From Somniosus microcephalus (taxonomy: Eukaryota): a stretch of 64,000 nucleotides of DNA. The DNA is taken from positions 46,314,001 to 46,378,000 of the forward strand of contig CM126207.1 of NCBI GenBank assembly GCA_052327205.1, read 5' to 3'. Each line of letters starts with the position of its first letter. Within the stretch, counting starts at the first letter, position 1. A program made the translations under genes and the position numbers. Positions 12,448 to 26,305 of this stretch are shown here, one piece after another. The notes below the pieces were generated by a model. The model was not told the origin of the DNA. It was given only the letters and a program-made list of their open reading frames with translations, and made no database searches.

Positions 12448-12748
12448 ACCTCCCAAACCTGCGGCCGCTACCACCTAGAAGCACAAGGGCAGCAGGCGCA
12501 TGGGAACATCACCACCTCCAAGTCACACACCGTCCTGACTTGGAAGTGTATCGCCGATCCTTCATTGTCGCTGGGTCAAAATCCCGGAACTCCCTACCTA
12601 ACAGCTCTGTGGGAGTACCATCACCACACGGACTGCAGCAGTTCAAGAAGGCGGCTCACCACCACCTTCTCGAGGGCAATTAGGGATGGGCAATAAATGC
12701 TGGCCTTGCCAGCGACGCCCACATCCCATAAACGAATTTTAAAAAAGT
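12448..12748 (+). mobile_element. 3' end of an abundant shark CR1/Crack-group LINE
   Basis: Encodes SFIVAGSKSRNSLPNSSVGVPSPHGLQQFKKAAHHHLLEGN* (WNSLP...FK-type LINE C-terminus), then AATAAA and an A-rich tail; shorter copies at 56087-56220 and ~38075-38160. Confidence 0.75.
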
Positions 12749-15700
12749 ATTACTTTGTGATAATACCAGCTCTCAGCTGCTATGACAGTTTTTTAAATAC
12801 ATTTTGTTAGAGGAAACATCAGAGAATGCAATGCAAAGATTGGCTTCTTACCTCTTTTAATATTCTCTTCCTTCAACAACTTACCCGCTTTTAGAACAAA
12901 CACTTGTGTCACCTAATCAGTACCTGATTTACCATCTCTTCCTTTTTCTTTCAACCTTACCAGTCTTTTACACTATGGAGATTCAGCCTTCACCTAGATT
13001 GCTCTATTAAAACAAATGCTCTCCCAGCTGGCTTGGCTCTTTTGTGTAGCAAGACACCAGCTCCCAGCGCTCTGTCTTTATTAGGAAAGCATAAATGGCA
13101 CCTTAAATGCAATTGCTGTAATGTCCAACCTGAAAATATGGTCACAGTAGAACAAACTGCATTTACATCTTTGTGCTAAAGATGAAAGTTTGACCCTGTG
13201 CCTTTAGACAGGTTAACAACATCCTCATGGTAAAAATATAACATACGGATTCTGTATCAACAAATGCCTCGCTAAATTATTAGTGAAAGCCTTCTATAGT
13301 TTCCACTTGTGTAGATCAGAACTGGTATTCACTGAAGTTTTCTTCATGGCAAAAGCAGACAGCCTGAAATGTAATAGCCTGATTAATGTTTTGGTAGACT
13401 GGACTGCAGTGAGTTTTTCTTCCTGAATATTTTTTTGGTGACTGAACTATTTATCTCCACCATTATTTAAACCCTCAAGCCCAATGTAGTGGATCACTCA
13501 TGAGTCTAATTTTTACAAAACTTTAGATGCTCCAGTGGCACAGAATGGAGCAAAACGTTGACATTGGATGTCTGCGGGTTTGGTTCACAGAGGTGTCTAT
13601 CACTCCAAGCTGATATTACTGCGAACAAATTCTGTTAATTTTCAACTGAGACAATAGAAGCAGTGCCACACTGTGGTGAGATGCTTCATGTTGGGGTGGG
13701 GGCAGAGGGAACTGGTGTAGCTTGTCCTGCTGTAACTACAGATTATGTTAACCAGACAGAGAACAGGATTGATTGTGTTCATGGAGTCTGCGCCCTAAAT
13801 TTTCCTGCCCTCTAAATTTAAGGGAACCATGTTTGTGGATAAATAAAATAAAAATTAAAATCTGGGCTTAACACTATGAAATATTAGAAATGAATGCTGC
13901 ACATTTGTAATCTTGCATAAAGCATACAGGCAAGAAATACAAAACAGCCATGTTTTGCTGTGTACTTTGAATTATCGGCTCTTGCACAATTTTTGCACAG
14001 TTGAGTAATTAGATTAATTAATGAAAATACAAACTGCACTAATTCACGCGTTAGTTGAAAAAAGTAGTTCCTGAGATTAATGTTTTAATAGCATCAAAAT
14101 CTTTAGTGCTGTAATCATCACTCTGTTGCCCTGTGGATCATAGTGGTGGCTTGCTATCGCAGTCATCCAGCTTTGTATGGTCACCTACCACTTGTGTCTC
14201 AAACCTGCTCTTAGTGCACTGACAATTTCCTGCCCCACTGATGAACCTGGAGGACACATTGTTCCCTTGTCAGGAGTCATTATCTCAGCAATTCAGTTAA
14301 ATTTCTCTTCATTTTGACAGTCTGTCTTTCAAACTTTCTATGCTTTCATTGATTTATTTTCTCCTGTTCCTTTCTTCTCTTTTGTTTCCTTATCATAGCT
14401 TCAGGTTATTACGTGCAAAGTATTGATGGAACTGGATGGCTTCAGTCGATCGGGAGCTAATGCATCCCTAATCCTGTCTTTGTTACAGAGGAATGTTCTG
14501 CTTGGGTCTCTGATGGGGAAATAGGTGCAAAGCTGTTGATCCTAGTCTTATTTGTCAGAAACCCATGCATCAATCAAATACAAACCCGGCTGAGTGTTGA
14601 AAGACATGGGGTTTCAGCTGAAGAAATTTGATAACGGTCTATTGTCAGGCTGTACGTTCACTTTTCGATAAGAAATACGTTTGACTGAAGTAGATAAGGA
14701 TAGAAGGGCTGTAGAGGTGAAGAGAGGACTGACATACAAGGTACCAGAGGTGGGGAAGCTTCACCACTGTGCAGTGTATGCATAATCAAGTTTTACCATG
14801 TTGAAATGTGGTGCTTTGACTTCTGAGTTCAAGTAAAATTCATAGGATGACTGAAAAGAAAACTGCCTAAATACAGCACAGATGTACTGGCCACTGGGAT
14901 CACATGCAGTGTTGATACTGTAAGACATACTAGAAGTAAGCATGTTATTATTAGTGCACAGTGGGATTGTTGAAGGGCTGTTGCGATCCATTTAAAAAAA
15001 GACAATTGTTGTGTTTTAACCCTTAAAGCATTGCAAAAGAAATTTTGCAGCATAATGAGATTAGTTTTCTTAATAATGTTTATTATGCCAAGAACTTTGC
15101 CAACTAAGAAATATTTTATCTTTTATATTATTTTTACTTCTACTTTATAATAGCCATTATTAGGGAACATACTCATATTGTCTTTGCAGATATATAAAAG
15201 AAAAAAATTACCTATTTTGAATAGCAGGAAGAACATGAAGGTTAATAGATGAGGTTGACGGAGTTTCTACCAATTCTCAAGCTAGCTGCAGTTTTATTTT
15301 GAAATTAGATCTTTTAGGACCCAAATCACTAGTACTAATCATAAATAATAATTGGACCAACTGTTAAATCTGCAATGGAAATACTGCTCCAGATTAATTA
15401 TAAACAATATCTTTCAAGGGCTGCAGTGATTAATGTGATTGTGTTCTGGTGTAAAATAAAAAGAACATTTTAAAATTATACTCAGTATTATCTCGATAAA
15501 ATCAAAAAGAATAAATTAATTTTTTAGCATTTACTGGATCTTATCACCTTGTCCAGAGTGTTCCCTATGCACTTGTAATTTTATAATACATTCTATTTTC
15601 TGATTATTTATGCAAAAATAATAGGGCCTCAATAATGATTAAGATTTCAATTGATTATAATCATTTGATAATTTGAGTAATATTTTTAGAAATCTATTTT

Positions 15701-17284
15701 CTATTAGCTCTTTTAATAGTTTCTTATGAGAGCTGTGCCATAGGCATTATGTCTGGTTTGCATTTGTAAGATTATTTTACTAGTCTTGCAGGTATGAATA
15801 GGACTCCACAGTAATGTATGTGTGAATAAATATAATTGAGAGAAAATTGCACAAATAGTTTCATGTTTATTCCCCAAATGACCCTACACCCCAGTAGTTG
15901 TATCGCCTAATAGGACAAATGTTTTACAAATAATGATTATTTCTACGATAGTGCAGACAGATTACAGTACCTATATAAAAAACCTTTTCACTATAAATTT
16001 TCCAATGTTCTTTGTAAAATATTTGATACTAATTTATTTAGAGAAGAAATGTAGTAATATTCACCCAAATTATCTAACAAGGACTTTTACTGAACATTTA
16101 CTGCAATACTTTCTGTTGGGCTCAAGATGCTGTACAAAATAAATCCTGTATTTAATAATGACTCTTTTATTTTCTAGGCTGTGGGGAGCAAAATAGATTT
16201 TAGATTGTTTACCTCTGTTCCTGAGGAAACGTTGGACAAGTCTCTGTCTTTGTTTGTTGTGCTCTTTCCATCCCTCATATTTATGTCTGTCAGGAATCCG
16301 TTAATAGTCCCACTTTGGCCTAGTGAATTATATTTTTAAATGAAGCATAAACGTCAAGTTTCCTAATTTAAACAATGAAATGTAAGTATAATTGTAGTTT
16401 AAATGATTAATCAAATTGTTCAGTACTTGCAATCAATTATAGTACTTGTTTGATGTTTAATCCTTTGGATTTCCTCTCAACATGTCTGTACCAAACTGCC
16501 CCTTTCACTACCTGAAGCAATGGGATACCTTGTTGAGGATTTAACAATGTATTAAGGGAGTTGCCTGGGTTAACCACATGTCTCCCAAAAAGCCTGTTAA
16601 ACTGATAAAGTACAGTTTACTTGTTCATTAACATTTTTGTATGCATTTCATGTATATGTCATTTAGACAATATGCCTGAACATCTTGTACTTTTTATACA
16701 AGCACCTGATCCCATTTATTCTTGGCTTGCATTTGTAACCAGGAGCTGTGGGAGTTTTAGAAGTGTCTAATTAGGCACCTCAGTCTATGCTTGTAACTGT
16801 TGAAATGGAATGCAAAGGCACTTCAAATTCCTCTCTAATCAGTGGTTTCAATATGGAAGTCTGTCTATGAACAAGAGTTGAGACACCCTCAGTAAAGAAG
16901 TAACCAAGTTACCTTTATATTGCATTTATACTCCATTGACTCCATGCCGTGTCAAACCAAAGCAGTGTGAGACTCCTTCCTTCAGGAAGTCTCGCACTAC
17001 TTCTCACCCAAGTCAGGTTGTGTCCTGACTCTGGATTTATACTACGAGTTTAGATTTTTAAAAGCCTTTGCAGTGATGCTGATGTAGTGTAAACTATACT
17101 GTCAAGGGTCTCCAATATCAAATTCATTTGTTGTTTGAAACAGTGTACCACTGTGTAATAAAGGAAAGTTGAAGCCTCTGCAGATCGACCTAATTCTAAT
17201 ATGTGTGTTACCCAGTATGGATTGAGGGCTGTATTGGGATTTAATGACCATTGATGGAGTAACTGCTATTTCTTATTTTTTTCC

Positions 17285-17648
17285 ATTTTTCCTCCCATTT
17301 TCTCCCTTCTTGTCCAGAAAGTATTGATTCATTCCATGGGTGCAAACAGACCTCTGATACTTTGTCCAAATGACAGTCATCCTGTGTGAACATGGACAAT
17401 GAATGATTGAGGGCATCATTCCCCCATCTCAAACCCAAAAATACATGCAGCTCATTAGGGGACACTGGATAGCATTCAAGAATGAGAACCCTGGTTAGCT
17501 TATTTTCCTCCCTAGTCTTGGCACCCAAAAACCAAGTGTAGCATTTCAGTCCATTCGCTGAGATTAGCTAACTCACCACAGGCCCATGATTAACACCTTA
17601 TTGGTCTATATGACTCAGTATAGGTGATGCATTTCCACTGAGTCATAA
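17285..17648 (-). mobile_element. AmnSINE2-like SINE, near full length
   Basis: cactggatagc...gagaaccctgg...ctgagattagctaactca...cactgagtcat in the order of the reverse-complemented AmnSINE2 consensus (recalled); homologous to 36160-36420 and 62840-63240. Confidence 0.6.
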
Positions 17649-20166
17649 CTATCTTTTTTTAGCATTTAAATTGCATAAAAATATTGCACAATTGTTAATT
17701 ATTTGGTATCCAGTTAATGAGTTTTGTTCCCTGAATATCCTACTTTTTGAGTATTTCATTTCTAGACAGTCCCTTGTTTAGTGATAATAGATAACAGGAA
17801 GGCAGTGTAGTTCAGTAAAGTGTCTTCCCAGGGTTTATGAAAAGTGACATGGACATTGATGGGAAAAATGATACAATGATATCACATCTGATTCTGTAAA
17901 TTTTTCAATGAGAATTTAAATCAAAATGGAAAAGGTACCGCAAAACTTTTCACTGGAGCAGGTATAATTTCTGCTGCAGCATCAGCTGCATTTAAAGTAC
18001 CACTTTTGTGTTGATGCAACATGATGTGAGGTTTGCACTGACACGGAAGTGGCGGTATAACTTGGGAATCAGGTCAGCAATCTGACAGTCAAGTACCCTG
18101 AACTGAAAGACGTGAGACCACTTTGAGTAGGTAGTTTCACACCATTTGGACTGAGCACCCCATACAGTGTATCTCCAATCTGTTGTGAAGCCGCAATTTA
18201 AAAGTGTCCGGAAGGTCCATTCGACTGCCTAGAAACTTTCTAAACTTAGCTTGTGATGTTTTTAATGTTAGGAGATAGCGGACGCCCCCGCCCTTCTCTC
18301 ACATAACACACAAAACCAGAGATCCCTTGTTGCAAAGCAGTCAATTGTGTAACTCAGCTCTGCCATTTGTACATCACACTCTACAGATGGCGGGTTCTGA
18401 GACTGCTGTCTGTAGTATAACTGTAGTAATAGACTTCCCCAGCGACCAGCTCAGAGCAGAGTTTTCATACCTGACTATTCACAGACTAAATCCACTCAAA
18501 GTGCCCTGCCAAATTTGATGGCTGTATCTTTCCAGTTCTTGGATTGCATAAAAACATTTGGCTAGTTGGAAGCAATTACTGTACCAAAAAGAACAATAAT
18601 CTCATACTTATGGCTTATGAGATACAGTAAAAAAAAATGCTAAAACTTAAAAATTGCCAAATGGAATCTCAGAGGATTGTTCCAGTGTGGATCATGCAAT
18701 CCAATTTGCTGTATGATTGATGTGAGCTTTTGTTTAACTCATGGTATAGCTGACTGATCCATCAACTGACTTTCCGTTTTATAAAATATGAATAGTTTAG
18801 CTTTCAGCAAATATTCTAAACTCTGGGCTGTTTTTTTTTACACTAGTGCCCTATAAATATTTCTGAAATATAATTTAGTCTTATTTTATTCACTTGCTCG
18901 TGAGATGGAAAGTGAAAGGACACTTGTTCTTACATGCAGGTGAGTGAACTCAGAGAGCAGTGAATCTGCAAAATATGCTTTGTAAAGCTGCTTGATGGGA
19001 GAAAATGTTTCCAAGTAAGAAAGCAATGATTTGTAAAATTCTTTGTTTTGTAAGGACTCGGCCTTTTATGACTTATATTTTCAGCTGTGGCTCACCTTGT
19101 AAAGCATTCCTTCCGATACCCAAGACAACCAATACATTAAAATCGGGCACCAAGCATTTACTTGGCAGCAGTAACTGGTGGACCTAGTAGTGTATAATCT
19201 ATTCATTATTTTCAAATCAAATCCACAATTTTCTTTACCAGGTTGCATAACTGGACAAGTGTAGGCTTAGAAACCAATTAACATTTATAAGTATATTACT
19301 TCTGTTATGTGAAGAGTATATATTTTTTATCTAAGGATAGAGCGATATATCCAATGCTGTTTTGTTATTTTGATGTAAACCTTACATTTCAATTTAAGTT
19401 CTTAAACTATTGGGATGACCTACAAATTCATCCCAATTAGGAAAAATAGCTAGAAGGCAAAAAAACTCTCGATATTGCCACGCTTATTTTCTGTCCCCTT
19501 TTTCAATGACTAGGGGCTAAAAACTGAGAAAAAAATGTATGAGTGCTTTGTATTTGTCTGACAAATTACACATGCTTGGCTGCTCCATTGTATCTGTCCC
19601 ATATTCTAGAGTAGATAATAAAGAGGGAGCTGCCAAATGTTACTTATATACTTACTGTTTAACCAGTTCGAAGAGGACTTGAATAGTTAAGAAGGATTGA
19701 GCTCAGACAGACATTTTCTGGTTGATACTACAATGTACGTAATACATTCCTGTCAACTTTTTCCATTATAAATTCCTATGTCCACATTTACTGCCGAGGT
19801 AAACTTGTCACGCTGTAATTACACTCTCTCTACAGCAGGCCCTGGAGCACTAACACTTGCAGGAGCGTGTACTTACAGCACATGTTTACATAAGTAATTT
19901 TCATTATAAATGCGAGGATAGGAATTTATAGAAATAAAGATTGAATGTTTCTCTTTTTTTCAAAAAAGACTAAAGAGAAATTTTACCTCAGGAAAGATTT
20001 CAAAATTTATCTTGTTTTTCAAACTTATTTGAAGAAAGGTTGCTGAGCAGAAAGTGCTAGCAGCTAAAGAAATATAAATCATCAGTAGAGCTGACGGAAC
20101 AGTATTGATACATCCTGGGAAACTGAGTACACTGCACAAACCAAACTCAATTCATAGAGTCACAGA

Positions 20167-23100
20167 TCTGGGGAAAATATCAACTCCAAGCTCTGGGAAA
20201 AAATATCAACTCCAAGCTCTGGGGGAAATATCAACTCTAAGCTCTGGGGGAAAATATCAACTCCAAGCTCTGGGGAAAAATACCAACTCCAAGCTCTGGG
20301 AAAAATATCAACGCCAAGCTCTGGGGAAAAATATCAACTCCAAGCTCTGGGGGAAAATATCAACTCTAAGCTCTGGGGGAAAATATCAACTCCAAGCTCT
20401 GGGGAAAAATACCAACTCCAAGCTCTGGGGGAAATATCAACGCCAAGCTCTGGGGGAAATATCAACACCAAGCTCTGGGGAAAAAATATCAACTCCAAGC
20501 TCTGGGGGGAAATATCAACTCTAAGCTCTGGGGAAAAAATATCAACTCCAAGCTCTGGGGGAAATATCAACGCCAAGCTCTGGGGGGAAATATCAACTCT
20601 AAGCTCTGGGGAAAAATACCAACTCCAAGCTCTGGGAAAAATATCAACGCCAAGCTCTGGGGAAAAATATCAACTCCAAGCTCTGGGGAAAAATACCAAC
20701 TCCAAGCTCTGGGAAAAATATCAACGCCAAGCTCTGGGGAAAAATATCAACTCCAAGCTCTGGGGGAAATATCAACTCCAAGCTCTGGGGAAAAAATATC
20801 AACTCCAAGCTCTGGGGGAAATATCAACTCCAAGCTCTCGGGGGAAATATCAACTCTAAGCTCTGGGGGAAAATATCAACTCCAAGCTCTGGGGAAAAAA
20901 TATCAACTCCAAGCTCTGGGGGGAAATATCAACTCTAAGCTCTGGGGGAAAATATCAACTCCAAGCTCTGGGGAAAAATACCAACTCCAAGCTCTGGGAA
21001 AAATATCAACGCCAAGCTCTGGGGAAAAATATCAACTCCAAGCTCTGGGAAAAAATATCAACTCCAAGCTCTGGGGGGAAATATCAACTCCAAGCTCTGG
21101 GGAAAAAGCTCTGGGGAAAAATATCAACTCCAAGCGCTGAGGGGAAATATCAACTCTAAGCTCTGGGGAAAAATACCAACTCCAAGCTCTGGGGGAAATA
21201 TCAACGCCAAGCTCTGGGGGAAATATCAACGCCAAGCTCTGGGGGAAATATCAACTCCAAGCTCTGGGGGAAAATATCAACTCTAAGCTCTGGGGGAAAA
21301 TATCAACTCTAAGCTCTGGGGGAAATATCAACTCTAAGCTCTGGGGGAAAATATCAACTCCAAGCTCTGGGGGAAATATCAACTCCAAGCTCTGGGGGAA
21401 ATATCAACTCCAAGCTCTGGGGAAAAATATCAACACCAAGCTCTAGGAAAAAATATCAACTCCAAGCTCTGGGGGGAAATATCAACTCTAAGCTCTGGGG
21501 GAAAATATCAACTCCAAGCTCTGGGGAAAATATCAACTCCAAGCTCTGGGAAAAATATCAACGCCAAGCTCTGGGGAAAAATATCAACTCCAAGCTCTGG
21601 GAAAAAATATCAACTCCAAGCTCTGGGGAAAAAGCTCTGGGGAAAAATATCAACTCCAAGCTCTGAGGGGAAATATCAACTCTAAGCTCTGGGGAAAAAT
21701 ATCAACTCCAAGCTCTGGGGGGAAATATCAACGCCAAGCTCTGGGGAAAAATATCAACTCCAAGCTCTGGGGGAAAATATCAACTCCAAGCTCTGGGGGA
21801 AATATCAACTCCAAGCTCTGGGGGAAATATCAACTCCAAGCTCTGGGGAAAAATATCAACTCCAAGCTCTGGGGAAAAATATCAACTCCAAGCTCTGGGG
21901 GAAAATATCAACTCCAAGCTCTGGGGGAAATATCAACTCCAAGCTCTGGGGGAAAATATCAACACCAAGCTCTAGGGGAAATATCAACTCCAAGCTCTGG
22001 GAAAAAATATCAACTCCAAGCTCTGGGGGGAAATATCAACTCTAAGCTTTGGGGGAAAATATCAACTCCAAGCTCTGGGGAAAAATACCAACTCCAAGCT
22101 CTGGGAAAAATATCAACGCCAAGCTCTGGGGAAAAATATCAACTCCAAGCTCTGGGAAAAAATATCAACTCCAAGCTCTAGGGGAAATATCAACTCCAAG
22201 CTCTGGGAAAAAATATCAACTCCAAGCTCTGGGGGGAAATATCAACTCTAAGCTCTGGGGGAAAATATCAACTCCAAGCTCTGGGGAAAAATACCAACTC
22301 CAAGCTCTGAGGGGAAATATCAACTCCAAGCTCTGGGGGAAATATCAACTCCAAGCTCTGGGGAAAAATATCAACACCAAGCTCTAGGGGAAATATCAAC
22401 TCCAAGCTTTGGGGAAAAATATCAACTCCAAGCTCTGAGGGGAAATATCAACTCTAAGCTCTGGGGAAAAATATCAACTCCAAGCTCTGGGGGGAAATAT
22501 CAACGCCAAGCTCTGGGGAAAAATATCAACTCCAAGCTCTGGGGGAAAATATCAACTCCAAGCTCTGGGGGAAATATCAACTCCAAGCTCTGGGGGAAAT
22601 ATCAACTCCAAGCTCTGGGGAAAAATATCAACTCCAAGCTCTGGGGGAAATATCAACTCCAAGCTCTGGGGGAAATATCAACTCCAAGCTCTGGGGAAAA
22701 TATCAACTCTAAGCTCTGGGGAAAAATATCAACTCCAAGCTCTGGGGAAAAATATCAACTCCAAGCTCTGGGGAAAAATATCAACTCCAAGCTCTGGGGA
22801 AAAATATCAACTCCAAGCTCTGGGGGAAATATCAACGCCAAGCTCTGGGGGAAAATATCAACTCCAAGCTCTGGGGGAAATATCAACTCCAAGCTCTGGG
22901 GAAAAATATCAACTCCAAGCTCTGGGGAAAAATATCAACTCCAAGCTCTGGAGGAAAATATCAACTCCAAGCTCTGGGGAAAATATCAACTCCAAGCTCT
23001 GGGGGGAAATATCAACTCTAAGCTCTGGGGGAAAATATCAACTCTAAGCTCTGGGGGGAAATATCAACTCCAAGCTCTGGGGAAAATATCAACTCCAAGC

Positions 23101-23229
23101 TCTGGGGGGAAATATCAACTCCAAGCTCTGGGGAAAATATCAACTCCAAGCTCTGGGGAAAATATCAACTCCAAGCTCTGGGGAAAATATCAACTCCAAG
23201 CTCTGGGGAAAATATCAACTCCAAGCTCA
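20167..23229. repeat. Minisatellite, ~25-27-bp unit G(3-6)A(3-6)TATCAACTCCAAGCTCT, roughly 115-120 copies
   Basis: Directly visible tandem array; variants CTCT/CGCC/CACC and TACC; no unique spacers. Confidence 0.98.
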
Positions 23230-24219
23230 GGATTTTGGGAGAGGCAGAAGCCTTCAAGTAAAAACTTAAATGAAAGCATTAAGAGACACCCAAGACAATT
23301 CAACAGATACATGTAATCATGTTATTGTCAAATATGTATTTTTAAGAATATTGTGTAAACCCTTATTTTGGACATTAGAGGTTTGTTGCTAAAAAAAATT
23401 ATGAATGAAAAACAATTTCAGAAAACATTTTGAATGACTCATGGAAACCCTGTGATCAGTTTGCAAAATCACAGGATGATATGCACTCATTATAAAATAG
23501 CAGCTATTCACAGTGTGATGCCTTCCACAATTAAAAATACCTTTAACAGCACTACCAACAGGAGTAAATAGGTACTGCAGGTATTTACAATAAACACCTG
23601 CTCTATGTACCAAATTTGATTTATAATAGATTATCTATAGTTAAATAGCAAAACCTATGGCAATCTGAGAAACAGAGTTGGTTGGAGCAGAGGAGTTTCT
23701 CTACAGTCCAGGCTGAGGAACTGGGAGACATAAAATGGTGGCCCACAGCACCACCGCTGGCAGATGGCTGTCACTGCAATTACAGCACAATAAATTTACA
23801 TAGGCAGTTTCCATTTTAAATACGAACATAAGAATTTATAATGGAAAAATTGACACAGAAGTTTGACAATGTGACAACGAGAAGTAAGGTTTTATACACA
23901 GGAAGTGCATGCAGACAAAAGATTTTTAATATAATATGGATCGATATTGGCAGATTTCCCATGACATTGCTTATGATGGCTCAGAGGATATACTATTTTA
24001 TAAGAACAGGAGCATTATACCATATAACACGCACTAATTTATTCAGTTGCTAAAGTTTAGCTGTGTGCAACTTAATATGTCCCTTTAAGGGCTCAAGGTG
24101 TAATTGCTGTTCTTTGCTCCAGTTAATTAAAGGCTGATTGATCTTAGCAGATGCTCAGATCAATTAGAGATCAGAGTGGCTTCTGTCACAGAAACTGGCA
24201 TGTGTTGCTCTGACATGAG

Positions 24220-24333
24220 GAGATGGATTTTCACTTTGACTTCAATGGAAATGAAAATTGGGCAGGTTCCATAACGGGTGGCCGATCCACAATGCCAGAA
24301 TTATGCCCAGGCATCAAGTTGACAGTCTACCCC
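24220..24333. mobile_element. Short palindromic MITE half-copy
   Basis: aaaattgggcagg..ataacgggtggccgatccac...tctacccc matches the right arm of 62965-63129. Confidence 0.5.
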
Positions 24334-24417
24334 TTGAAGTATGACACAAACAGACATGGTTTTAATATTTAGTAGTTGATCTCCAGTGGCTTGGCTCACA
24401 GTTAAGTCAGAGGATAT

Positions 24418-24912
24418 GGGGGGGAAAATTCGGTGGTTGCTTTGCGCCTCCCATTAGCGCCCTCGCTAATGGGGCGCAAAGCAACTAGCACCCGGGCGCG
24501 GCACTGCCAACGCCTCCCGCGAAATTCAGCGGGAGGTTAGTGGCGGCGGTAACCGTCAGCGCCCCGTGGCGCTGCGCCGCCGGCGACGACGTCATCGCCG
24601 TGCGCAGAGCCCTGCTCGCGATCTTCGGTAGCGCCCCCTGACTTACTGCCAGACACTATGTCCGATGGGGTCATTTGGGCCTACCTGCAGCCGGGGCGGC
24701 GCTAATTAAAGGCGAGGATGCTGGCCGCCCGCCAGTACCTGCCCCCGTTGCCAACCCCGGCCTCCTCTGCAGACCCCCCCCCCGCCTCCCGCAGAGTGCC
24801 GGTTACGCTCCTTGAGCCCGGCACTTCTCCTGAGTGCCGGGCTCTTTTGCTAAAAGTAGCGTCCCGGCGAAGTTAGTGCCCCAAAGGGGGCGCAACTCAA
24901 TTTTTCCCCCCC
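24418..24912. mobile_element. GC/CpG-rich Harbinger-type MITE (young)
   Basis: TIRs GGGGGGGAAAATTCGGTGGTTGC / GCAACTCAATTTTTCCCCCCC; probable TSD ATG; many intact CpGs and repeated agcgccc motifs. Confidence 0.75.
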
Positions 24913-26125
24913 ATGGTCTTTTAAAAGAAAATGGATCTGTTGTGCCATTAGTTACCGTGAGTGAGTTGATACAGTTTTTGAGAGTGGACTGTTCAGTTTG
25001 TAAGAATTTGGGTGAGGTGTGGGAATAATTGAGTGGGTTGGGGAAATGAGAATTTGTGTGGTTTGTGAGCAGTGCTAAGGAAGGTGTTGAGGATTTCTTG
25101 GGGTTAATTGGTTCATGGGGAATAGCAGTATAGAGTGAGGGAGGGGTATTGAATGGTTGAAGTACTGTAAGGAGCACTGGGTCACTGATGGAAGGATCAT
25201 AGTAGTAAGGAGTTGGGTGTGTGGAGTGGGATATGTAGATTTGGGGCTGGCATATAGAGAAAAAAGATGGTGGGCAAAAAGAATTCAGAAAAAAGAAAGG
25301 CACTAGAGAATAAAATTTATATTAAAAAAGGAAACATAGCCAGTGGAAGAAAACACAAAAAATGTATGTGGAATGGGGCTGTAAAAAAACAAGTGACTGT
25401 GCAAAAAATAAACAGATGTAAAAGAAAACAGAAAAAAATGCAATGCACAACAAGCTTTAGAAAAATCGTCTTGGAAACAAACAAATAAAAGAGTGACAAA
25501 GGGATTTTTTAAAAGAAAGAGTCCAAGGAAAAAAACAAGCAGCGAGCAATGGGCTTTGAAAGAAACAGAGACTGGAAAAAAAACAGAAAATGGAAATGGG
25601 CTTTGAAAAAAAGAGCAGGGGAGGAAAGCATTCAACAACGACGATGGAAAACAAAGAAAACACAAGCAGGTGAGGAAGGAAGTTAGGAAAACTTATCTGG
25701 TGAGAGCTTTAGTTGAAGTCAAGCCTTCTAGCCCACAACTGAACTGGGAGTCACAGCTGGGAGAACCAAGGCTGGAGCTGATCACATGATTCACTCAACC
25801 AATCGGGGCTAAGTATAAGGAATCAAATTGTGCCAATGTCATCCAGCTCATAGGGGGCGATTTTCCCACTGGAGGCGGGTTTCGGTTTGAGTGGGTTCCA
25901 AACCCGCCTCCACTGATAGGTTTGAAAAAATTGCGATTTTCCCCCGATTGGTCAGTTGATTTCAGAGGTGTGGGTTGCCCTCGGTCAATTAGTGTTTTGG
26001 GATTGAAACTCATCTCTGCTGACATCACTTTTCCAGCCTGATTTTAGGGCTGCTTGCTGCCTTGGATCATTCCACTGGATTTCTGCCGATGCTGCACCAC
26101 CTGCAACATATTTTGAGAAACCACT

Positions 26126-26305
26126 ATACCCAATTCCAAGGCAAGGGCCTCCCTGAGGTTCTCGGATGAGGCGCTGCAAATGTTGGTTGAGGGGGCGACA
26201 GCTAACAGGGAGGTGGTCTTCCACTCATCTGGGAGGAAGAGGCCTCCCAAAGAAACCAAGGCTGTGTGGGTCCAGCTGGCAAGGGATATAACCTCCAGAT
26301 CTGTG
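26126..26305 (+). pseudogene. Harbinger Myb/SANT-like DNA-binding protein, N-terminal fragment
   Basis: In-frame KARASLRFSDEALQMLVEGATANREVVFHSSGRKRPPKETKAVWVQLARDITSRSV; similarity ends abruptly at ~26305 (internal deletion). Confidence 0.8.

Noticed and set aside
14399-14530. Exon after a strong polypyrimidine tract and AG
   Set aside because: All three frames stop within about 42 codons, no convincing donor, and the peptides are unrecognisable.
20167-23229. CRISPR-like array, or repetitive protein ORFs (20105-20524, 22049-22387, etc.)
   Set aside because: Units are contiguous with no unique spacers and no cas genes, the context is eukaryotic, and variable homopolymer lengths shift frames constantly.
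24803-25665. Long ORFs on both strands (up to 166 aa)
   Set aside because: They arise from GT-rich and A-rich low-complexity sequence with degenerate gggctttgaaa repeats; no recognisable domain.
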